Source: Micavibrio sp.
GTDB taxonomy: Bacteria; Pseudomonadota; Alphaproteobacteria; Micavibrionales; UBA2020
Reading direction: 5' to 3'
NCBI GenBank assembly: GCA_040377425.1
Contig: JBEIOU010000002.1
Location: 145,355 to 209,354 of the forward strand
DNA: 64,000 bases
Positions 28,193-37,861 of the stretch are shown here, piece after piece. Both the position numbers and the translations under genes were made by a program. The notes under the pieces were generated by a model. It was not told the DNA's origin and did not search any database. It saw nothing but the letters and a program-made list of their open reading frames with translations. The stretch's first letter is position 1, and each line of letters opens with the position of its first letter.

Positions 28193-30430
28193 TTATGCCC
28201 CCGGTTTGAATTTACGGGCGAAGTGGATAATCTTCGTGCCCATGCCGCGCTCGGCTTCCAGCTTCTTCGCATATTCTTTCTGGTCGACGGGGCCGACGGC
28301 TTTCTCGATGAAGCCGAACGTTTCCGCCCAATCCTGAATATACTTGGCGGTGGGTTTGCCCGCGCCATGTCCGGCGCGTTCTTCGACGCGCATCAGGGTT
28401 GTGTTGTCGGGCGACGATTTCGCCTGCAGCGTCGCCACCAGCTTGAACGAATGCCACGGCACCACGCGGTCATCGTGGTCGGCGGTTTTGACCAGATGCA
28501 CGGGATATTTCGCGCCCGGTTTGACGTTGTGCAGAGGCGAATATTTTGCCGCGACGTTGAAATCCGCTTTCACATCCGGATCGCCGTAATCAGACTTCCA
28601 CGCCGCGCCATAGGTCGCCAGATGAAAACGGAACATGTCGGTCACCGCAACCTCGGTAATCACGGCGCCGAACAGGTCGGGGCGCTGCAGCATGGTTGCA
28701 GATGTCAAAAGGCCGCCGTTGCTGCCGCCGTTGATGATCAGACGTTTGTTCGACGTATAGTTGCCATCGATCAGGTGTTTCGCGCAGGCGATGAAATCAT
28801 CGAACACGTTCTGTTTTTTGTCCAGACGGCCGCCGTTGTACCACTCCTCGCCGAATTCACCGCCGCCGCGCAGGTTGGCCTGCACATAAATGCCGCCCGA
28901 TTTGACGAAGTGCATGATAGAGCTGCCATAGCCCGGCGTCAGCGGTACGTTAAAACCGCCGTAGCCATACAGCATGGTTGCGGCGGTGCCGTCCAGCTTG
29001 GTATCGGGGTGGCGCACGATGGTCATGGGCACTTTGGTGCCGTCTTTGGATACCGCGTGCACGCGCTCTACGATGCAGTCCGACATATCATGTTTGGCGG
29101 GGCCTTTGCGTACGAAATCGAGGGTGTTTTTCTCGACATCATAACGGTACACATCCCCTTTGGACTGCCATCCCGAAATTTGCATCGTGAAAAAATCGTC
29201 TTCTTTCTGAATACGCGCATAACCGGCAACAGACTGCGTGGGCAGCGGCATGTTGTGCAGGTGCTGTCCCTCGGGCGTGAATACGCGCACGGCATCGGCG
29301 GTGTCTTCGGTATAGAATGTAAACAGCTTGCCTTTGTGTATCATGGCGCTGTCCAGCACATCCGTATCATGCTGGGGGATAATGACTTGCCAGTTTGACT
29401 GTTCGGGCTGGTTCAGGTCGATTTTGACCAGCTGGCCGCGCGGGGCGTCCTTGTTGGTGACGGCGAGAATTTTTCCATCTTCCAGTTCCGCAACAGGGGT
29501 GATGGTGAATGTTTTGGCCGCCGTGATTTCCTTGAACGGCGCATCACTGCCGAACGGGCGATAAGCCAGGCCGCCGTTTTTATCCGTGCCGATGTAGTGC
29601 GATGCCCATTCGTATTTGGACGTCGACAAACGGTAAATCCCAACGAAAGAGTTTTCTTCGGGCTTCTCGTACAGTGTTTTGTCATTCGCGACAGCATCGC
29701 CAATCGTGTGATGCTTCACCGTGTTGCGGCGCGTGCCGTCATGGGTGGGATATGTGTAGTTAAAGGCTTCGCTGCTGCCCTTGTCCCAGCGTACGCTGGT
29801 AAAGCGGCAATTCTCGATTACATCCGGTAGATCTTCGCCTGTGGCGACATCGCGGATGCGCAGGGTCTGTGCATCGCTGCCCGCTTCGGATACCAGATAG
29901 GCCACGCGTTTACCATCTGCGCTGGGTGTCCAGCCAGACAGGGCGACAGTGCCGTCGGCGCTCAGTTTATTCGGGTCGAACAGCGTGCGCCACGGGCCTT
30001 CCTCGCTCTCGCCTACCTCGACCACACTTTGTGCGGCCAGTGATTTGTGGAAAGTGCGGAACCACGTTTTGCCGTATTTGCTGGGCAGGCTATAGCTGTC
30101 GTAATCAAGCGCTTCGGTCATGAAAGCTGCGGCGCGTTTTTGGCTGTCTTCCTGACCTTTGATGTAATCTTCAAAACGGGCGTTCTGTTTGCCCACCCAC
30201 GTGGCCGTTGCGGGCGCGTCGAGGTCTTCCAGCGGGCGGAAGGGGTCAGATACCGGCACGCCATGTTTTATTTCAACGAGGCTGTTGTCCATCGGCGGCT
30301 CTCCCGCGCGCGCATGCTGCTGCGGTGTGACGGTGAATTGCATCTGGCTGGGGGCGCGGTTGTCGTTATCGGCAACGTGTTTTTTGCCAAAAACTTTGTT
30401 TGCAAAGTCGCGCAGCGAGGTGAAAGCCAT
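28193..30430 (-). CDS. prolyl oligopeptidase family serine peptidase (S9A)
   Basis: VSDPFRPLEDLD N-terminal propeller entry, and GGSNGGLL nucleophile elbow with C-terminal Asp/His. An alternative ATG at 30292 also has a good SD. Confidence 0.9.
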   Translation of the reverse strand: MAFTSLRDFANKVFGKKHVADNDNRAPSQMQFTVTPQQHARAGEPPMDNSLVEIKHGVPVSDPFRPLEDLDAPATATWVGKQNARFEDYIKGQEDSQKRAAAFMTEALDYDSYSLPSKYGKTWFRTFHKSLAAQSVVEVGESEEGPWRTLFDPNKLSADGTVALSGWTPSADGKRVAYLVSEAGSDAQTLRIRDVATGEDLPDVIENCRFTSVRWDKGSSEAFNYTYPTHDGTRRNTVKHHTIGDAVANDKTLYEKPEENSFVGIYRLSTSKYEWASHYIGTDKNGGLAYRPFGSDAPFKEITAAKTFTITPVAELEDGKILAVTNKDAPRGQLVKIDLNQPEQSNWQVIIPQHDTDVLDSAMIHKGKLFTFYTEDTADAVRVFTPEGQHLHNMPLPTQSVAGYARIQKEDDFFTMQISGWQSKGDVYRYDVEKNTLDFVRKGPAKHDMSDCIVERVHAVSKDGTKVPMTIVRHPDTKLDGTAATMLYGYGGFNVPLTPGYGSSIMHFVKSGGIYVQANLRGGGEFGEEWYNGGRLDKKQNVFDDFIACAKHLIDGNYTSNKRLIINGGSNGGLLTSATMLQRPDLFGAVITEVAVTDMFRFHLATYGAAWKSDYGDPDVKADFNVAAKYSPLHNVKPGAKYPVHLVKTADHDDRVVPWHSFKLVATLQAKSSPDNTTLMRVEERAGHGAGKPTAKYIQDWAETFGFIEKAVGPVDQKEYAKKLEAERGMGTKIIHFARKFKPGA

Positions 30431-30536
30431 GGGTGGCTCCTTCCGGTCTTGAGGTAATTTATGAAATGAAACTGCGGCAAGCTTGCAAAATTATTACGCA
30501 AAGTGCAACCCGTTTATTGCATTTGTTGTGAAAAAG

Positions 30537-30586
30537 GCAAAAAAAGTCCCGCCGGGACAGCGTCGCTGGCGGGGCTTTTTTTCTGT
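30537..30586 (-). terminator. intrinsic terminator downstream of pgi
   Basis: GCCCCGCC-loop-GGCGGGAC hairpin flanked by A/T runs. Confidence 0.7.
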
Positions 30587-30592
30587 TTTTTA

Positions 30593-32191
30593 TCAACTAT
30601 TTGCGAAAGATCTGACGTGCGCGACCAATCCGGCGGTGGAGGCATCGCGGCCGGTAGAGGGGGCGGCTGTTCCCGAGATCTCAGGCTCCAGCCCTTTGGC
30701 GAGGATTTTGCCCAGCTCGACGCCCCATTGGTCGAAACTGTTCACGCACCACAAAACGCCTTGCACGAAAACTTTGTGTTCGTACATCGCCAGAAGCATA
30801 CCCAGAGTAAACGGCGATAATTCATCCAGCATAAACGTGGTCGACGGGCGGTTGCCGGGGAAATGGCGATGCGGTTCGGCCGTGTTGTTTTGCCCATGCA
30901 TCAGCGCGGCACTCTGGGCGAGGCAATTCGCCAGCAGCATATTTTGCTGCGCGGCGCTGCCCGCCGTGGGGTTGACCGATACGATAAAATCAACAGGCAC
31001 GACATCGGGGCTTTGGTGCAGCCACTGGAAGAAACTATGCTGTGCATCGGTGCCCGGCTCGCCAAAAATAATCGGGCCGGAGGCAACGGGCACGGTCTTG
31101 CCGTCCTGCATGACGCGCTTGCCGTTGCTCTCCATATCCAGCTGCTGCAAGAATGCCGGCAGGCGGCGCAGGGCGGCGTGATAGGGAATGACGGCGACGG
31201 CTGGATAATTGCTCATGTTACGGTGCCAAAGGCCAATCAAAGCCATCAGCACGGGTAGGTTTTTTTCCAGCGGCGCAGACTTGAAATGTTCGTCCATGCT
31301 TCGTGCGCCCGCCAGAAATTCTGCGAATTTTTCGGGGCCAATCAGCAGCATGACCGACAGGCCAATAGATGACCACACGCTATAACGTCCGCCAACCCAA
31401 TCCTGAAACGGGAACATATTTGCGGAATCGATACCGAACCCGGCAACGCCATCCACATTGGTGGATGCGGCCACGAAATGCTTTGCCACGGCTGATGCGT
31501 CACCTTTGTAATGCGCCACCAGCCAGTCGCGGGCGATATGTGCGTTCTGCATGGTTTCGGCTGTGGTAAAGGTTTTGGACGCTACAATAAACAGTGTTGT
31601 TTCGGGATGGATGCGAGCGAGTGTCGCTGCAAGGTCGGACGCCTCCACATTCGCCACGTAATGTGCGCGCAGGCGCGCGTGGTGATCGGCGGCGAGCGCT
31701 TCGCAGGCCAGCTGGGGGCCAAGGCTCGATCCGCCAATACCGACATTCACGATATCGGTGATTTCTTTGCCTGTGTGGCCTTTCCATGCGCCGCTGCGCA
31801 CCGCGTCGCTGAAAGCGCCCATGCGTGCCAGCACGTCATGTACGGCGGGTACGACATCTTTGCCGTCGAATTCTATTTTGGCGTTTCCATCCGCACGCAG
31901 GGCGGTGTGCAGTACTGCACGGTTTTCGGTCGTGTTGATGCGGTCGCCGGCAAACATGGCATCGCGGCGTTTTTCAAGCCCCGCCGCACGCGCCAACGAA
32001 ACCAGCAGTGATATGGTGTCTTCGGTGATATGGTTTTTTGAGTAATCAACCAGCATGCCCGGCAGCCGCAGCGAGAGTTTGTCAAACCGCGCGATATCCT
32101 GTGCAAACAGCATCGTCAGCGGCGTGGCCGCCAGCTTCTGGTGATGTGTTTTCAGAAGAGACCACGGGCTCAGCTGGTTAATATCGGTCAT
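30593..32191 (-). CDS. pgi: glucose-6-phosphate isomerase
   Basis: Full-length PGI with signature regions (GIGGSSLGP, ...VNSFDQWGVELGK). Confidence 0.95.
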   Translation of the reverse strand: MTDINQLSPWSLLKTHHQKLAATPLTMLFAQDIARFDKLSLRLPGMLVDYSKNHITEDTISLLVSLARAAGLEKRRDAMFAGDRINTTENRAVLHTALRADGNAKIEFDGKDVVPAVHDVLARMGAFSDAVRSGAWKGHTGKEITDIVNVGIGGSSLGPQLACEALAADHHARLRAHYVANVEASDLAATLARIHPETTLFIVASKTFTTAETMQNAHIARDWLVAHYKGDASAVAKHFVAASTNVDGVAGFGIDSANMFPFQDWVGGRYSVWSSIGLSVMLLIGPEKFAEFLAGARSMDEHFKSAPLEKNLPVLMALIGLWHRNMSNYPAVAVIPYHAALRRLPAFLQQLDMESNGKRVMQDGKTVPVASGPIIFGEPGTDAQHSFFQWLHQSPDVVPVDFIVSVNPTAGSAAQQNMLLANCLAQSAALMHGQNNTAEPHRHFPGNRPSTTFMLDELSPFTLGMLLAMYEHKVFVQGVLWCVNSFDQWGVELGKILAKGLEPEISGTAAPSTGRDASTAGLVAHVRSFANS

Positions 32192-32250
32192 GTGTTTTGT
32201 CGTCCAATTGTTGGATGGTGTAATAAATGTTGCCAGATCTTGCGAACGGC

Positions 32251-33654
32251 TTATTTGCGTGCAGGTTCCTTCATGCCGGGCGGGCGGTCCAGCAAAATGT
32301 CGGGCTTGATGCCTTGCGGCTTGCCAACCAGAACAAAAGTCAGATCGTCCGCTTTCAGCAAACGTGCGGCCACGCGCTTCACGTCGGCGGTGGTGACGTT
32401 CATCAATTCCTGATTTCGGCGGTTGATATAATCCGGATCAAGACCGTCGCGCTGCAAGCCATTCAGGGTTGCGGCAATATCGCCTGTCGATGTCAGTTCC
32501 AGCAGCAGCGACCCGGTCAGATAGGCTTTGGCATCGGCGATTTCGGCATCGGTCGCACCGCCCTCGGCCATGCGTTTCCATTCTTCGCGAAAGACGCTCA
32601 GGGCTTCTTCTGCTTTTTCGTTGCTGGTCGCAAAGGCGGCGGTAATCAGCGCGGATTGCTTCATGCTTTGCAGGCTGGAATAAATGCCATAGGTCAGGCC
32701 GCGTTTTTCGCGGATTTCGCGCATCAGGCGGGCATCGAAATTGCCGCTGCCCAGAATATAGTTCATGACCACGGCGGCATGCCAGTCTTTGTCCGCCCGC
32801 GGAATACCCGCACCGCCAATCGAAATTTGTGTTTGAGGGGTGTCCAGGGGATAAAGGATTGTCTTGCCGGCGTATTTAGGCTGGATAAAGCTGCCCTCCG
32901 CCACATCTGCCTGCAAGGGCAGGGGGGCAAAGGTTTTTTCGACAAGGCGCTTTACTTCGGCCTCGGTGATATCGCCTGCAATCGCGATTTTCAGTACGTC
33001 GCGGCCAAATTGCGCTTTGGTGAAATCCACAAGGTCCTGCCGCGTGATGCTGGTCATCGATGCCAGATGCCCTGCGCCGGGCTGGCTGTAGGCATGGCCG
33101 GAAAACAGCATGCCATTAAAACTGCGCGCGACCAGCCAGGACGGGTCGCCCATGTCATGCTGGATTTGCGCCACGTTCGCATTCTTCATACGCTCGATTG
33201 CATCAGGATCAAAACGCGGCTGGCTCAGCGCGAGGGACAGCAGGTCAAACGCCATATCGCGGTTTTGGGTCAGTGTGCGCATCTGCCCGTAAAACGCATC
33301 GCGTCCGGCGGTGAATGTCATTTCAATCGCGTTGTCGGACAGGCGTGCCTGAAAATCCTGACTGCGAATATTGCCTGCGCCTTCGTCCAGCAGAATGGAC
33401 ACCAGACGCGCAACGCCCGGTTTGTTTTCGGGGTCGCCCGCCAGGCCGCCTTCGAACGAGAAGTTGACCGAGATCACGGGGATGCTGTGGTCTTCGACCA
33501 GCCATACTTCGATGCCGGAGGAATCCTTGAACGCTTTTACATCTAGAATTTTACCAGTGGTTTTTCCCGCAGGTACAACCTCGGCCGTTTGCGCCCCCGC
33601 GGGGGCGGCAAACAGCGTCAACGTCACGCAAAGAGCAAGGGCAAAGCGGATCAT
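32251..33654 (-). CDS. M16 family peptidase, non-catalytic-type subunit
   Basis: Signal peptide and M16 fold, but no HxxEH motif. ATGA overlap with its partner. Confidence 0.85.
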   Translation of the reverse strand: MIRFALALCVTLTLFAAPAGAQTAEVVPAGKTTGKILDVKAFKDSSGIEVWLVEDHSIPVISVNFSFEGGLAGDPENKPGVARLVSILLDEGAGNIRSQDFQARLSDNAIEMTFTAGRDAFYGQMRTLTQNRDMAFDLLSLALSQPRFDPDAIERMKNANVAQIQHDMGDPSWLVARSFNGMLFSGHAYSQPGAGHLASMTSITRQDLVDFTKAQFGRDVLKIAIAGDITEAEVKRLVEKTFAPLPLQADVAEGSFIQPKYAGKTILYPLDTPQTQISIGGAGIPRADKDWHAAVVMNYILGSGNFDARLMREIREKRGLTYGIYSSLQSMKQSALITAAFATSNEKAEEALSVFREEWKRMAEGGATDAEIADAKAYLTGSLLLELTSTGDIAATLNGLQRDGLDPDYINRRNQELMNVTTADVKRVAARLLKADDLTFVLVGKPQGIKPDILLDRPPGMKEPARK

Positions 33655-35054
33655 GGGTTTACTCCTTGCGTACGCGGCGCGGGGGCTGCTTTGCTGCCGG
33701 ATTGGTTTTGTGTGGGCGCGGGGGTTGGTACGGGGCGCTCTTTGGGCAGCAGGATACCCGTGACCGGATAATCTTCGTTTCTAAATACCGTGCTGGCGGC
33801 TTGGCTAACATCGTCTATGCTGAGCTTCTCAAGGCGGTTCACGATGTTTTCGACGTAATCAATGCTGAACCCGCTGGTCAGCACACGGCCGAACAACAGG
33901 GCGGGACCTTGCAGGCTGTCCAGATAATACGTCAGGCTGGCGCGCTTGCGGCCTTTGGCGGCGTTCAGCTCTTCCAGTGTTACCCCGCGCTCCAGTATCA
34001 GCGCGATTTCATGCCCGATAGCGGCTTCGAGGTCTTGCAGCGATACGCCGGGTGCCGGTGTGGCATAGATCGAAAATGTGGTTTCGTTTAGGCTGAGCGC
34101 TTCGTAGCTGGCCCCTGCGGCAACGGCCATTTTCTTTTCAACAACCAGCTTGCGGTACAGGCGTGATGTAGACGTGCCGCCCATGATTTCAGCGACCATG
34201 TCAATGCCGTCATCACCGCGCGGCACGCGCCATGTTTTCATGATGACAGGCTGGCCAATGCGGGCATCTTCCATCACCAGACGCGGTGCGGCCACGATGG
34301 GCGCCGGCCGTGTGCGTTTACGCTCCGGAAGTGTTTGCGCAGCAATGGGGCCATAATGTTTTTTGGCCAGCGGCTCCAGCTCTTTTGCGGTGATATCACC
34401 CGATACGATCAGGATGGCGTTATTGGGTGCGTACCATTCGTTGTATTGGTCAAAAGCATCTTCACGCGTCAGTTCGCGCATTTCATGCAGCCAGCCGATG
34501 ACGGGAATGGCATAGGGGTGGTTCACGAAAAGGCTGCTCATGACCTGTTCCTGAAAACGGGCCTGCGGGCGGCTGTCGACGCGCTGGCGGCGCTCTTCGA
34601 TAATCACCTGACGCTCCGATGCGACTTCTTCTTCGCGCAGGGTCAGGTTCTTCATGCGGTCGGCTTCCATCTGCATCATGCGTTCCAGATGCGCGCGCGG
34701 CACGTTTTGGTAATAGGCCGTGTAATCATGCGCCGTGAAAGCGTTATCGTTACCGCCCAGCTTTTTGACGATGCGCGAAAACTGTCCATCGGGCACGGTG
34801 GGCGTCCCCTTGAACATCAGGTGTTCAAGGAAATGGGCGATGCCCGATTTACCCGGCGTTTCGTCCGCGCCGCCGAATTTGTACCAGATCATATGTGTGA
34901 CGACTGGCGCGCGGTGGTTGGGGATGACCACAACCTTGAGCCCGTTGTCGAGCGTGAAACTCTCGGCGTTAAAAATCTTCTCTCCCGCCGCCGCCGGATA
35001 GGGCAGAAGCAGGGCCAGAATTGCAATCGTGAACACACAGCCAAAGAGACGCAT
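33651..35054 (-). CDS. M16 family zinc peptidase (pitrilysin-like), catalytic-type subunit
   Basis: HFLEHLMFKG inverted zinc motif. ATG at 35054 behind AAGG; the track start at 35060 is TTG. Confidence 0.9.
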   Translation of the reverse strand: MRLFGCVFTIAILALLLPYPAAAGEKIFNAESFTLDNGLKVVVIPNHRAPVVTHMIWYKFGGADETPGKSGIAHFLEHLMFKGTPTVPDGQFSRIVKKLGGNDNAFTAHDYTAYYQNVPRAHLERMMQMEADRMKNLTLREEEVASERQVIIEERRQRVDSRPQARFQEQVMSSLFVNHPYAIPVIGWLHEMRELTREDAFDQYNEWYAPNNAILIVSGDITAKELEPLAKKHYGPIAAQTLPERKRTRPAPIVAAPRLVMEDARIGQPVIMKTWRVPRGDDGIDMVAEIMGGTSTSRLYRKLVVEKKMAVAAGASYEALSLNETTFSIYATPAPGVSLQDLEAAIGHEIALILERGVTLEELNAAKGRKRASLTYYLDSLQGPALLFGRVLTSGFSIDYVENIVNRLEKLSIDDVSQAASTVFRNEDYPVTGILLPKERPVPTPAPTQNQSGSKAAPAPRTQGVNP

Positions 35055-35125
35055 CGGCAACCTTTATTGTTGGACGTAAGCGAGATGCCAGACTATAAAT
35101 TATGAAGCCCATTATTTAACAGAGA

Positions 35126-35572
35126 TTGAACATGAATAAAAGAACTGCCCCTGCGGCCCCCGATAACCATAAAGCTGACAAGGCCGCCCTTGCTGCAGAG
35201 GTGCTGAAAAAGCACCGCCAAAAGATCGACAAGATCGATGCGCAGCTGCTGAAACTGCTGGGCGACCGTTTTGATGTGGTGCGCGATGTGGCCAAGGTCA
35301 AGATAAAGCACGATATTCCGGCTTTTCTGGGCGGGCGGGTCAATCAGGTGCGCAACAACGCCGTCAAACTGGGCTTGATTTATGGAATTGATCCGGATTT
35401 CGTCCGCACGCTTTATACGATGCTCATCTACCAGTCCTGTGCCGAAGAAGAAGTGCTGAAGCACGAAGCGCTACTGGCCAAGGCGGCAGAATCTGCGCCC
35501 AAGACAGCACCGAAAGCCGGCAAGCCGACAAAAGCCGCCAAGCCCGCCAAAGCGAAAAAGGCACGTAAATAA
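35126..35572 (+). CDS. chorismate mutase (AroQ class) with Lys/Ala/Pro-rich C-terminal tail
   Basis: KIDKIDAQLLKLLGDRFDVVRDVAKVK helix 1. Ends in a 30-aa tail ...KAGKPTKAAKPAKAKKARK. Confidence 0.8.
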   Translation: MNMNKRTAPAAPDNHKADKAALAAEVLKKHRQKIDKIDAQLLKLLGDRFDVVRDVAKVKIKHDIPAFLGGRVNQVRNNAVKLGLIYGIDPDFVRTLYTMLIYQSCAEEEVLKHEALLAKAAESAPKTAPKAGKPTKAAKPAKAKKARK

Positions 35573-36931
35573 GTGACCACCGATCAGGACCGCGCATTCC
35601 CGCCGTCTGCCAGTGCCAGTGATGGTCTGGCGTCGCGGCAGGTTGCCTACGGAATCCTGAACGATGTGTTTTTTCAGCGCCGCAGTCTGGACGAAGCTTA
35701 TGCGCAAGCCGATGTCGCCTTCGCCGCGCTGGAATCGCGTGACCGCGGTTTTGTGCGCTTGCTGGTGGCGACAGTTATTAAACGTGCGCCGCAGATAGAT
35801 GCTGCGCTGTCGGGTTTGCTGCACGAACCGCTGCATTTGCTAAAACCACAGCAGCTGATTAACGTGTTCCGCCTGGGCATCGCGCAAATTGCGTTTTTGC
35901 AAATGCCGCCGCATGCCGCCGTGAATACGTCGGTCGAACTGGCTGCGGCATCGAATATGGAGTGGCAAAAATCGCTGGTAAACGCCGTCATGCGCCGTGT
36001 GGCCCAGGACGGGATCGACATGCTGGAGCCGCGTGACGCGGGGCGTGTTAATACGCCCGAATGGTTGTGGCAGCAATGGGCACAAGACTACGGCGTGGAA
36101 ACGGCGCTAGATATCGCCGCTGCCAATTTGTCGGACGCGCCGGTAGATTTCACCGTCAAAGAAAACCCGCAAATGTGGGCAGACCGTCTGGCCGCGATGT
36201 TGTTGCCAACGGGGTCGCTGCGTTTGTCGTCGGCTGGTTTCGTGCCGGGGCTTTCGGGGTTTGACGATGGCGCATGGTGGATACAAAACGCCGCCGCCGC
36301 ACTGCCCGTTAAAATTCTGGCATCGTACTATGGTGGCAGTTTGAAGGGCAAAAAAATTGTCGATCTGTGCGCCGCGCCGGGCGGTAAAACCGCGCAGCTG
36401 GCGGCGCTCGGCGCTGATGTCATCGCGCTTGATCGTTCTGCCCCGCGCCTGAAACGGCTGCAAGAAAATATGGACCGCCTGAAGCTGTCCGTTTCCATCG
36501 TCGCCGCCGATGGCGCGGTGTGGCAGCCGCAGGAAAAGCTCGATGCCGTATTGCTGGATGCGCCGTGCAGTGCAACAGGCACTATCCGGCACCAGCCGGA
36601 TGTGCTGCGCCTGAAAGACATCCGCGACCAAGATAAACTGTCCGCGCTGCAAAAACGCCTGATGCAAAACGCGCTGGATATGCTCAAGCCGGGCGGGGTG
36701 CTGCTCTACTGCACCTGTTCGATCCAAAAGGCCGAAAGCGAAGCGCAGACCGAATGGCTGCTGGCGCAAAACCCGCGCCTGCGCCTGTCGGCCATTCGCC
36801 CCGGTGAAATTGCCGGCATCAATGCAATGTTAAGCTTGAAAGGCGAGCTGCGCGCCCTGCCGCAACACTGGGCCGAACACGGCGGTATCGACGGGTTTTA
36901 TGCCGCACGGTTTGTAACGCCGGCCGAGTAA
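35573..36931 (+). CDS. rsmB: 16S rRNA (cytosine967-C5)-methyltransferase RsmB-like
   Basis: NusB-like N-terminal domain, DLCAAPGGKT and DAPCSATGT motifs. GTG start directly after the upstream stop, so the start is uncertain. Confidence 0.85.
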   Translation: MTTDQDRAFPPSASASDGLASRQVAYGILNDVFFQRRSLDEAYAQADVAFAALESRDRGFVRLLVATVIKRAPQIDAALSGLLHEPLHLLKPQQLINVFRLGIAQIAFLQMPPHAAVNTSVELAAASNMEWQKSLVNAVMRRVAQDGIDMLEPRDAGRVNTPEWLWQQWAQDYGVETALDIAAANLSDAPVDFTVKENPQMWADRLAAMLLPTGSLRLSSAGFVPGLSGFDDGAWWIQNAAAALPVKILASYYGGSLKGKKIVDLCAAPGGKTAQLAALGADVIALDRSAPRLKRLQENMDRLKLSVSIVAADGAVWQPQEKLDAVLLDAPCSATGTIRHQPDVLRLKDIRDQDKLSALQKRLMQNALDMLKPGGVLLYCTCSIQKAESEAQTEWLLAQNPRLRLSAIRPGEIAGINAMLSLKGELRALPQHWAEHGGIDGFYAARFVTPAE

Positions 36932-37103
36932 TAAAATGCTGTGCCGCTTGCGGGCAAGGCCGGGCCTTGTCATCGGCTGTGTGCCCGCCTGTTACCACGA
37001 CCGCCATGCAGCGCCGCGAAAAAGACTCTGACCTTTCAGGGGCTTCCGGCGACCGCCTGATTCCATATTTCCCGACTTTTTTACCAGAGTCTTCATTTGC
37101 TCG

Positions 37104-37132
37104 TTGCCCGATTCGAATCGGGCTGGTATAAA
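37104..37132 (+). promoter_or_regulatory. putative rpe promoter containing an 18-bp perfect palindrome
   Basis: TTGCCC, 17 nt, TATAAA. The palindrome GCCCGATTCGAATCGGGC (37106-37123) lies in the -35/spacer and contains two GANTC sites. The -10 ends 6 nt before the ATG at 37139. Confidence 0.4.
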
Positions 37133-37138
37133 AGGTCT

Positions 37139-37789
37139 ATGAGTCAACGGGTTCGCATAGCTCCTTCCATCCTTTCCGCAGATTTCTCGAAACTTGGCGC
37201 TGAAGTTCAGGCCATCGACGAGGCGGGAGCAGACTACATTCATCTGGACGTGATGGATGGTCATTTCGTGCCCAACATTACGTTTGGCCCCGTTGTCGTT
37301 GAATCTCTGCGTAAAGTCACCAAAAAGCCGTTTGACGTGCATCTAATGATCTCGCCCGTCGACGAATACGTGGAAGGCTTCGCCAAGGCGGGCGCAGACA
37401 TCATCACATTTCATCCCGAAGCGGGCGCGCATCCGCACCGCACGATCCAGCTGATTAAATCCTATGGTAAAAAAGTCGGGATTTCGTTGAACCCGTCCAC
37501 GTCCACGTCCGTGCTGGATTATATGATTGATGACCTCGACCTGATTTTGGTCATGACGGTCAATCCCGGGTTCGGGGGACAGAAATTCATTCCGCTGCTC
37601 GACAAAATCGCTGACGTCCGTGCGCGCATTGCCGCGACCGGCCGCCAGATTGATCTGCAAGTCGACGGCGGCATCAATGCCGAAACCGCAAAGCAAGTGA
37701 TTGCCGCAGGCGCAGACGTGCTTGTGGCGGGGACGGCCGTTTTCAAAGAAAAAGACTACAAGGAGGCCATCGCGCGCTTGCGCGGGTAA
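37139..37789 (+). CDS. rpe: ribulose-phosphate 3-epimerase
   Basis: [17 protein letters not shown]...[12 protein letters not shown] motifs. Start trimmed to the ATG at 37139. Confidence 0.95.
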   Translation: MSQRVRIAPSILSADFSKLGAEVQAIDEAGADYIHLDVMDGHFVPNITFGPVVVESLRKVTKKPFDVHLMISPVDEYVEGFAKAGADIITFHPEAGAHPHRTIQLIKSYGKKVGISLNPSTSTSVLDYMIDDLDLILVMTVNPGFGGQKFIPLLDKIADVRARIAATGRQIDLQVDGGINAETAKQVIAAGADVLVAGTAVFKEKDYKEAIARLRG

Positions 37790-37861
37790 GCCTTCGGGGG
37801 TAGACGGCAGGTACTTGGGGAGTGTTCACCGAAGGGGTTCGGTGTTCATTGGGGTTTTTTG

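Noticed and set aside
28223-29398. 391-aa plus-strand ORF antisense to the prolyl oligopeptidase gene.
   Set aside because: Shadow frame. The opposite strand has the S9 catalytic motifs.
32227-33546. 439-aa plus-strand ORF antisense to the M16 peptidase gene.
   Set aside because: Same shadow-frame signature. The opposite strand encodes a recognisable M16 protein.
37106-37123. TTCGAATC-containing palindrome considered as a tRNA/tmRNA T-arm remnant.
   Set aside because: There are no flanking acceptor, D or anticodon arms. It is a perfect DNA palindrome better explained as a promoter or operator element.
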